Positions 57,701-64,000 of a stretch of DNA of 64,000 nucleotides are shown piece after piece (within the stretch, counting starts at the first letter, position 1; each line of letters begins with the position of its first letter). The notes beneath the pieces are model-generated. The model was given only the letters and a program-made list of their open reading frames with translations, was not told where the DNA came from and made no database searches. The translations under genes were made by a program, and so were the position numbers. Origin of the DNA: Octopus vulgaris (lineage: Eukaryota); assembly GCA_951406725.2 (NCBI GenBank), contig OX597823.1, forward strand, positions 23,498,001 through 23,562,000, read 5' to 3'.

Positions 57701-60700
57701 ATCCAGTTTACCATCCTAAATTTAATAATACAATTTATTGTAATGACGGTTTCCGATTTGAGCAAAAAAGCCAACATTTAAAGGTATCATCAATTCCAAT
57801 ACTTGAGTGTTATGTTTTGTTATGGACCCCAGCAAGACTGAAAGGTAAAGTTGACATTGGCATGATTTGAACTGAAAAAATAAAGTGCCAGAATATATAT
57901 CATAAAGGATTTCTTCCAATGCTCTAAATAGTATAGAAGTACATATTTAAAATAAAGATGAGGATGACGATAAAATCCACCACATAACTCCTTTTGCTAT
58001 TGCTACCAAACAGGAAACTGCTTTCTGTGCCAGGTTAAAGGAGTATTTAGGGCAATTAATGTGATGGATTTTACTGACAGCCAGATCTGTCCCACACACA
58101 ACAGCTGCTGTTTGATAGAACTTTACAATGTCATTAATGCCTGGACACTGAAAAAGTGCATGTAAAATGATTTTGTTCCACTGTGTACATCTTTTATGGC
58201 ACTTTCTCTTGGAGCCATGGGCCTTTTCTAGCATTACCAAGCAAAGAATTTCTGCTCATTCTCATTGCTATTTAGTCCCTGAAAACGTTGCTTTTTTGCC
58301 TCCACTAATTACCAACATATTGCTTGAATGGAACATCCACCAATTCTATTGCTCATGTCAGGTGTTACATGAGATAATCTGGCCTTCTCTTATTAAGCTA
58401 TGATTGAGAAAGGTTTTGTTAATATTTCTAACATGTTGGGCATCCTCATAGGGGCTTCTACAGTGGCTGATCTACAGTAAATGCTGGACATTAATATTGA
58501 TTTCAAATTTTGGTATAAGGCCAGCAATTTCCGGGGGTGGAGTTAGTTGATTACATTGACCCCAGTGCCATAATGATACTTATTTTATCAACCCTAAAAG
58601 GATAAAAGGCAAAGTTGACCTTGGTGGAATTGAAAATCAGAACATAAAGACGGACAAACTACTGCTAAGCATTTTTCCCAGCATGCTAACAAATATTGAA
58701 CTTTAATATTGCAAGCTAACAAATCTGAAACATATTGTTGTTTCGGGATAGTCACTTTTTTATATTTGCCAAACAAACACATGCACTATATATTCGATCT
58801 TTACTCATTTATTACTGGTCTTATACTAACTCATGTCCATTGTCCAGAAATCTTTCATCACACATCTGTGGCCTCTTCAGCGACACTTTCTGTCCTTGTG
58901 TGCTTTTGCCTCATTTAGTCCATTCTGTTGTTTCTGTGCTGTGCATCCTTATATGTGTATGCATTTGCATTTGTGTGTATGTGCATGTGTGTGTATGTGT
59001 GTGCCATTGTTCTTTGTAGCCCTATGACTCTGCCCTCCCCTGTTACCACTGCTGCTGCCCTTACGCCTACTTTTGGTACCACTTCTGTATCTTTCTGTGT
59101 TTGTATGTTTGCCCACACTGCTACCATCATGGTAGTTGTTATTGTTACTGTTGCTGTTGTAATTGTTGGTCTCATTGTGATATTGTTGCGGCTGCTTGTG
59201 AAGTTACTGTATGTGTGTTTGTGTGTGTAAATAGAATTGCATCCTGTGTTGTTTGTGTCCATGCCATTTATACAATTTTTTCCTCCCTTCTGTCTTTAGT
59301 TGTCATGTCATGTTGTGTAGTGTAGTGGTGGGTGTTAAAGTTTCATTTGTATTTTCTAAAATGATATGCTAAACAATGTCTGTTTCATCACACGGTTTCA
59401 CAACAGGAACCTTGCAATACAAATTCATAAATGTAAATCTGATACAACTTATCGTCTAGTGTAATTTATTGTCCAGTTCAGGATTCCCACCTAGTCTATC
59501 AGGTTGACATAATGATGGTGGTGGTGGGGGGGAAACACTTGGTTCAATGTTAATATATTTATTACATTAACAAACACTCACATTGATTCTCAGATGTTCA
59601 AGCTGGGTGAGAATTTCATAATTTCATGTTTGTGCCATGTCTAGCTTATTAAAAAATAAAAATACCAAGGCACATGGCCAAACATAAGAGAAAGCAATGC
59701 GATTTTGTAATATTCATGAAAATCAAACCTAGATCAATGACTTACACCACTCAATCCATATTTATACTAATACAACTCGGGGAAAATACTGTGTTACTTC
59801 CTGCTGGAAAAACAAAATAATGTAGTTACTTATTAAATCAAGATAAAAGCCTTATGTTAATGATATATTCTAGCTATGAAATTCAGAAGAGATATCCCTG
59901 TAAGATAATCAGCTTTTATTTTTCATTTCACTAAAAGTGTAATTCAAATGAATTAGAATTTCTTAGCTTGCTACATCAAGTCTTGAATGTCCCTATTTGC
60001 TACATATTTATATTTATTTACTAGATGATGGTAATGAAATTATTTGTTTTCTAGTGCAAATCATTGCCAATTCAGTAAAGTAATAGTTCTTGCCTTGACT
60101 AGCTATATATAATTTCATCCCTTTACATTCTAGGTTCAAATCCAAATAGGGTATACTTCATCTTTCATACTTCTGAGGTTGATAAAACAAGTGCTATTCA
60201 AGTACTGAGATTGATTTATTGTTAAGCATTGTCAGTACAAAATGTTTGGCTTTGTGCTTAAGTTAGTAACTGTTAACATAAATATTGGTAGCATCTATAT
60301 ATAATTCTTCTTGTTCATTTGCCTGTTATATTTTAGTTAGAGAGTTGGAGGTGAAGTGAGTAAGAGGTGGAGTAAAAGCAAGAAACAGAGACTGAGAGGG
60401 AGGAGTGAAAGAAAGAGTAAAGAAGAAAGAAGAGAGAAGAAATAGAGAAAGGCCAAATACATCATGGTTATCTGAAAGGAGAGGTGAGGAGTGAGAGAAA
60501 AGAGGGAGAGAGAAGAGGGTGGGAAAGGAATAGCTATTAGGTAGTTAAAAAGTTAGCTGAAAGGAAAGGTAAAGAGAAAGAGTTATGTTTACAATACAAT
60601 ATTTAGCAGAGGGTGATATTCTGGTGGTGAGGTTAAAGAAAGGTAGATAGACAGAGATGGACAAGGGAGGCAGTTATATTAAGAGAGAAAGATAGCATCT

Positions 60701-61815
60701 GTATTGTCAGAGTAGAGATCAGCAACAAAAAGTAGATATGTCAAACAGCTGACCTGAAATGAAATGAGTTTTGCTACTGAAAACTATAATGATGATGGTG
60801 GTGGTGGTGGTGTGTTGATTGTGAAAAGTATTTTTTTTATTGAACTAAATTATTTTATACTGCCCATTACTTAATGCATGAAACCAATATTAAAGTTCAG
60901 CATTTACTGTGGACCAGCCACTATAGAAGTCTCTATGCAGATGCCCTTCATGTTAGAAATATTAACAAAATCTTTCTCAATTATAGCTTAAAAAGAGGCC
61001 TGATTATCTCATGAAACAATTATTTATTGTCTGCTTGTTTGTAAATTGATATTTGTTTATAATGTTAATTTAGCCTAAGCTATGGATTCACAAAAAAGAT
61101 GGTTGCAAGCTGCTTGAGAAAGGATGTAGGGATATATTGAGCATGGATCAGAGAGGAATAGTGAGAAGATATAATAAAAAGAGAAAAAAAAGACAATACC
61201 AATGGAGGAAATGAATTTAGACAAACATCAAGTATATTTAAAGAAAGCTAAACTAAGAATGCCATAAAAATGCGAACTATCCTTTCTTTCTTAAATAGGT
61301 CCCCTTAATTCTTTTTTCATTCCTTGGAATTTACATAGGTCCCACAAGTCAACAATAATTTTATTCATTTTTGTTGTTAAGTTGATAGAGTGAAAGTATC
61401 ATTAGAACTTCATATAAAATATGTTGTGGTATTTGTTCTGGGGCCAATAAAATAAAACAGTCAAGTGTAGGGGCCAATTTAATTGATTAATCCCTACCGC
61501 AAAGATTTGGTTTACTTTCTATGTTAGAAACTATCATTATTATTAATTTCTTTTATCTAAATTTTACTTTAATTCCAGTTGCTGAAAACAGTTTTGTGAA
61601 GATAATTAATGCAAGTCTAGATGTACCTAGGAAAACGTTGCATGAGAAAAATGCAACAGCAGACGCCTGTGCAGAAAAATGTTTATCTGACAAAACTTGC
61701 TTATCATTTGAAATAATTAAAAGAAATGGAAAATGTTATACATCACAGGAAAGTGCAGCTTTCTCCAATAAATTAAAGGAAGCCAAAAATATAGATTACC
61801 ACCAACTAGTAAAAC
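2279..61815 (+). CDS. Partial multi-exon gene: tandem PAN(A)-Sushi-PAN(C) repeat extracellular protein (13 exons in window, 912 aa; N- and C-termini outside window)
   Basis: 13 exons read manually, all AG...GT bounded, all multiples of 3 and phase 1-1, no stops; they join in frame; three paralogous exon classes with invariant Cys/Trp patterns. Confidence 0.88.
2800..3640 (+). mobile_element. RTE-clade LINE fragments including a 3' end with internally repeated UTR
   Basis: GACCCAGGAAGACATGGGATGAGGTGGTCAAGCATGAC ([13 protein letters not shown]) shared with the copies at 29.5 kb and 55 kb; boundaries approximate. Confidence 0.65.
4793..4963 (+). CDS. Exon B1, Sushi/CCP domain
   Basis: cacttccag|TC...AAAG|gtaata, 171 nt; [56 protein letters not shown]; this frame is absent from the ORF track. 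Confidence 0.9.
5205..5880 (+). mobile_element. L1/Tx1-type LINE 3' fragment (zf-RVT region)
   Basis: KLYRYG...[25 protein letters not shown] knuckle, followed by an A-rich tail at about 5885. Confidence 0.6.
6293..6532 (+). CDS. Exon C1, PAN/Apple domain type C
   Basis: aactttag|AT...AAAT|gtaagt, 240 nt; [15 protein letters not shown]...[30 protein letters not shown]...RDYYQRVK. Confidence 0.9.
8560..8875 (+). mobile_element. R4/NeSL-type non-LTR RT fragment
   Basis: [10 protein letters not shown]...[15 protein letters not shown] resembles RT motif DYKKAFDSVPHSW. Confidence 0.55.
8985..10950 (-). mobile_element. RTE-clade LINE (RT), decayed
   Basis: ORF fragments with [41 protein letters not shown]. 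Confidence 0.92.
11749..11979 (+). CDS. Exon A2, PAN type A
   Basis: ctttctag|CT...CCAG|gtcagt, 231 nt; [76 protein letters not shown]; absent from the ORF track. Confidence 0.9.
12207..12610 (-). mobile_element. Octopus-type SINE (tRNA-headed), reverse copy
   Basis: Reverse complement of the SINE at 34137; related fragments at about 4223-4445 and 47320-47540. Confidence 0.6.
12638..12935 (-). mobile_element. 3' end of R4/NeSL-type LINE (same family as 39630-40840)
   Basis: CAAGATTTCTTGC.AATAGAGA...CTAACCTAGAT.CAAGGCT shared with 39630. Confidence 0.55.
13180..15200 (-). mobile_element. Old RTE LINE (APE endonuclease to RT N-terminus), heavily decayed
   Basis: [12 protein letters not shown]-type APE C-terminal motif, YGPKSS..PLLSKEG.TLLT, IISIIEERK... 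RT N-terminal segments. Confidence 0.65.
15643..15813 (+). CDS. Exon B2, Sushi/CCP
   Basis: aattccag|TT...ATAG|gtaatg, 171 nt; [56 protein letters not shown]. Confidence 0.9.
17554..17790 (+). CDS. Exon C2, PAN type C
   Basis: aactctag|AC...AAAC|gtaatt, 237 nt; [15 protein letters not shown]...[30 protein letters not shown]...RNYYQRIK. Confidence 0.9.
18380..18990 (+). mobile_element. Penelope-like terminal repeat copy with 5' inversion (same family as 24690-25400)
   Basis: About 18381-18740 is the reverse complement of about 24695-25040; about 18741-18985 matches about 25150-25380 directly. Confidence 0.6.
19118..19449 (+). repeat. 41-bp tandem minisatellite (8 units), left arm
   Basis: Unit (GGG/GCA)TTCAAAAGTTTTTACATAATTGTCACATTG(A/G)ATATTAT. 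Confidence 0.9.
19905..21310. repeat. Compound (TG)n/(TA)n low-complexity tract
   Basis: Direct reading. Confidence 0.95.
21652..21850 (-). repeat. Same 41-bp minisatellite, inverted (about 5 units), right arm
   Basis: ATGTGACAATTATGTAAAAACTTTTGAA units. Confidence 0.9.
21990..22584. repeat. (TA)n-rich microsatellite with (CAT)n
   Basis: Direct reading. Confidence 0.95.
22585..24689 (-). mobile_element. Non-autonomous Helitron-like element with nested RTE-derived 3' end and other repeats
   Basis: Minus strand begins TCATATATAAAACTGAAATGCG and ends ACCCACGCG-TAGA-GCGGGT hairpin...CTAG|T; internal ~137-bp tandem duplication 23274-23530. Confidence 0.55.
24690..25400 (+). mobile_element. Penelope-like terminal-repeat family copy
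   Basis: Paralog of 18380-18990; its first ~30 nt recur at about 26574-26605. Confidence 0.5.
25410..26497 (-). mobile_element. mariner (DD34D) transposon, truncated/decayed
   Basis: HTH segment [40 protein letters not shown]; one TIR at about 26472-26497. Confidence 0.85.
26889..28155 (+). mobile_element. RTE LINE 3' portion with three C2H2 zinc fingers
   Basis: [34 protein letters not shown]; C-x2-C-x12-H fingers. Confidence 0.88.
28905..29720 (-). mobile_element. RTE LINE 3' end with (GAT)n tail
   Basis: [12 protein letters not shown]...[13 protein letters not shown]; (CAT)n at 28905-28938. Confidence 0.88.
31529..31762 (+). CDS. Exon A3, PAN type A
   Basis: tcttccag|CC...CCAG|gtcagt, 234 nt; SDEQVIFK...[31 protein letters not shown]...WHVYIINP. 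Confidence 0.9.
32100..32640 (-). mobile_element. RTE RT fragment
   Basis: [16 protein letters not shown]...YKGK, RSTTD. Confidence 0.8.
32700..32910 (+). mobile_element. Penelope-derived terminal repeat with degenerate minimal hammerhead motif (32776-32810)
   Basis: GTTT-CTGACAA-AGAGC-TCC-GCTT-GAAA-CGTA-AAAC, ending in (TA)n. Confidence 0.6.
34137..34455 (+). mobile_element. Octopus-type SINE
   Basis: tRNA-like head GGAGTGTCTGTGTGGTAAGTAGCTTGCT; body recurs elsewhere in the window. Confidence 0.6.
36111..36281 (+). CDS. Exon B3, Sushi/CCP
   Basis: cattttcag|TT...AAAG|gtaaca, 171 nt; [56 protein letters not shown]. Confidence 0.88.
37700..38090 (-). mobile_element. Penelope-like RT-EN linker fragment
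   Basis: Minus strand reads FVVTHNPRN and [16 protein letters not shown]. Confidence 0.55.
38357..39594 (-). mobile_element. Tc1 (DD34E) transposon, both TIRs and TA target duplication, transposase disrupted
   Basis: TA|CAGGGGTTGGACAAAAT...ATTTTGTCCAACCCCTG|TA (~30-bp TIR); [35 protein letters not shown]. Confidence 0.93.
39630..40840 (-). mobile_element. R4/NeSL-type LINE 3' part with restriction-like endonuclease
   Basis: [10 protein letters not shown] (PD-D/ExK), MHGYVNR segment, zinc-knuckle remnant. Confidence 0.7.
41466..41636 (+). CDS. Exon B4, Sushi/CCP
   Basis: aatttcag|GT...AAAG|gtaatg, 171 nt; [56 protein letters not shown]. Confidence 0.88.
42390..43285 (+). mobile_element. RTE LINE 3' end with (GAT)n tail
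   Basis: Matches the 54.7-55.8 kb RTE 3' region; ends CGTTAAATGATGATGAT. Confidence 0.8.
44809..45045 (+). CDS. Exon C3, PAN type C
   Basis: aattccag|TT...AAAC|gtaatt, 237 nt; [15 protein letters not shown]...[29 protein letters not shown]...RDYYQKVK. Confidence 0.9.
46290..47008 (-). mobile_element. mariner fragment with one TIR
   Basis: TATCAGGTCATCCCATAAGTAATGTC TIR-like end; [27 protein letters not shown] start. Confidence 0.65.
48836..49432 (-). mobile_element. Dong/R4-clade LINE 3' end in (TAA)n
   Basis: [23 protein letters not shown]...[12 protein letters not shown] endonuclease; 3' AATAAAACTACTG(AAT)n. Confidence 0.88.
50672..50905 (+). CDS. Exon A4, PAN type A
   Basis: tttttcag|CA...CCAG|gtcagt, 234 nt; TKKPLILK...[31 protein letters not shown]...WDVYIIQP. 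Confidence 0.9.
51060..55822 (+). mobile_element. Near full-length decayed RTE LINE with duplicated/inverted 5' endonuclease segments
   Basis: [36 protein letters not shown]; (GAT)n tail 55800-55822; APE segment present twice (about 51.1-52.0 and 52.0-52.5 kb) and an inverted piece at about 52500-52690. Confidence 0.88.
55825..56040. mobile_element. mariner-derived MITE (~216 bp)
   Basis: Imperfect TIRs TGAGGGGGTGCTGTAAAGTTACTGGCTTT / AAGGTCAGAAACTTTTCAGTACCCCTCA|TA. Confidence 0.7.
56982..57152 (+). CDS. Exon B5, Sushi/CCP
   Basis: tattccag|TT...AAAG|gtaact, 171 nt; [56 protein letters not shown]. Confidence 0.9.
61579..61815 (+). CDS. Exon C4, PAN type C
   Basis: aattccag|TT...AAAC|gtaatt, 237 nt; [15 protein letters not shown]...[30 protein letters not shown]...IDYHQLVK. 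Confidence 0.9.
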
Positions 61816-61999
61816 GTAATTATTCTTTGTATTTTATTATTGGAATTCCCTTTTCCATGTTTTGCTGAAATTTTTGATTCCATTTATACTTCATAGTATA
61901 CAGACAATCATTTCTGTAAAGACATTAACATGCTTACCTATAAGGACAGACATAAACACATTCCTGATATAGAAACTGGAATTTTGCAATATTATTTCC

Positions 62000-63230
62000 T
62001 TCACTTAGTTTTACTTGTCTACACTTTTTACACCTTTAAAGTATTCCCCATTTGAAGCAATGCATTGGTCCAAGCAAATTTTCCACTATCCAAAGCAGTG
62101 CTGGAACTCTTACAAAGTGATACCTTTTAATACCGCCTTTGTTTTTTTTTTCTTCACTTCTTCCACATCTGCAAATTCCATAGCACCAGCTTTTGTCACT
62201 ACTGATGACCTTCACAAAAAGTCCAGATCAACTTCCAACAGTTCTTTCAGTTCACAACATGCATTCAGTTGTAACTGCTTTTGATCTTCCGTGAGCAGGT
62301 GAGGCACAAATTTTGCTGCACCTCTATTCATTGGCAATTCCTCACTCCTAATTCGTTGGCAGGAGCTTCAGGATACACCTGTCATATCGACAAGTTTGTC
62401 AATTGTTCAGTGATAGTCCTCCAAGATCAGATCATGAATTTTCATGATGTTTCCTTTCGTCCAGGAGGTTGACGGTCATCCTGAATGAGACCAGGTCAAC
62501 AATCTTCACACACAACTAAGAGCAGAACAACGATGGCCTGCAGTTGAAGATCTGTTATTAGAAAATCTTGATTAGTCTCCCTTCCAACAATGTTGCAAAT
62601 GTAGTATATGGGATTTAACTCTGACAAGTTTGGTGTTACATGTTGGTAAAGATTGTCAGACATTCATTCTTGAATTATGTGGGCTTTGTGAAGAGGTTCT
62701 GAGTCTTGTTGAAACATGTAGGCCCTTCCACGTCATACTTCATCCATTCAGGGCTTAACAATTGCATCCTGCATTTCAACATATCCAGCATCATTAATTC
62801 TAAAACCCTGTGGAAAGATGTGAGATGGCATGACATGCACTACATTACTCATCACTCCTAAAACCATCTCAGTTGCTGGAAACTCAGTGCTCATCACTCT
62901 TGGAACATTAAAAGAATCTGAATATAACCATGGTATTTCTCCTGTCAGACTTCTGGTCTTAGTTGAAGTTTTTCTCACCAGAGAAGAATCAAAGCTAGTT
63001 ATGTTTGTTTGTGAGGGGTTTTAACCTTGTTAAGTAACCACTTGGTATTATGAAATAGTTTTCATGTGTCTTTGCTGGCATGAGTTAGCCTTTCCTTAGT
63101 ACATATGACTTGTATTGAATGCCCTTGTACACCACAGTTTTGATAGCCCTTTCTGATACCCAAAGTTTTTTTGGTGATGGCTCTATTGATTTTCTAAGAT
63201 CAGCATCAATAATATTTTGAAATTGATGAC
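62000..63230 (-). mobile_element. Adjacent decayed mariner and DD37D-type Tc1/mariner fragments
   Basis: MVLGVMSN..HVMPSHIFPQG.RIN...YVE, FQQDS motifs; mariner-like segment 62000-62500. Confidence 0.6.
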
Positions 63231-63802
63231 AAAAAAGATTTATAAATTTTTACACGATAGAAATTTTCAATTACGGATTGATCATCATCTGTTATTATCT
63301 ATATATGTGTTGAAGAAAGGAATCCCTACGCATGCTGCAAATAGGTTGCAATGCTGAGGTACTATATTACCAAACTATGAGTTTATACCATCTAAGAAAT
63401 TAGGACATGCTGATTGTTTATCAAAACTGATTTTGAAAAATACTGAGCTATTTGAGGATACCATGATTGCTATGTCGTGAGTGGAAAATGAAATTTAAAA
63501 TATTTAGTGTAACATCATACATAAACTACTAGTTACATTTCAAGACATAAAATTAAAAGCAGGAGATGATAAATTCATAAAAAAAAAATTGAAATGCTGA
63601 GGCTAAAAGAAATAAAAATATGTTTTGCTGAATACAACACAAATTTGAAACTATGCTCAATGTGTGGAAGTATGTTGATGTATTCACAAAGAGTTGTAGT
63701 GCTACCCAGACTACAAAAGCAATAACTAAAAGAATTTCACATTGTTCACTCAGAGATTTTGAGAATAAAATCGTTAATGTGAAGTTATATGTATTGGTCA
63801 AG

Positions 63803-64000
63803 AATGGACCATGATATTTAAGGACTTGTGAAGCAGAGCCTGTACCCCAGCTGCAAAATCACCTACCACTAAATGGTAACTGTGGTCAAAAGCAGATATT
63901 TCACGGTCCAGACTACATGTTAATTATGCAGGGCCTCTTAAGGGTTCATATTACTTTGTTGTGATGGACAGTTTTTCAAAGTGGCTTGAAGTGCATAAGT
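63803..64000 (+). mobile_element. Gypsy integrase fragment
   Basis: SRLHVNYAGPLKGSYYFVVMDSFSKWLEVH. Confidence 0.75.

Noticed and set aside
58915-59325. Hydrophobic, TM-like ORFs that might be an anchor exon of the PAN-Sushi gene
   Set aside because: Low-complexity GTT/TG-rich sequence; no convincing phase-1 splice pair found; further repeat exons follow downstream.

Overview
AT-rich, microsatellite- and TE-dense eukaryotic DNA. The SINE/RTE/Penelope repertoire looks cephalopod (probably Octopus; this is inference). The whole window lies inside one + strand, multi-exon gene whose start and end are outside the window. I can map 13 intact, GT-AG-bounded, phase 1-1 exons in three classes, each encoding one domain: A = PAN/Apple type A, B = compact Sushi/CCP, C = PAN/Apple type C. 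Their order is A-B-C-A-B-C-A-B-B-C-A-B-C, splicing to 2736 nt / 912 aa of uninterrupted Lys-rich, Cys-patterned extracellular repeat protein that I cannot assign to a named gene. Flanking intron sequence is paralogous between modules, which indicates amplification by genomic tandem duplication. Introns hold decayed RTE, L1/Tx1 and R4/Dong LINEs, Tc1/mariner elements, a MITE, a probable Helitron, Gypsy integrase scraps, SINEs, and several Penelope-like elements with inverted terminal arms and degenerate hammerhead-ribozyme motifs.
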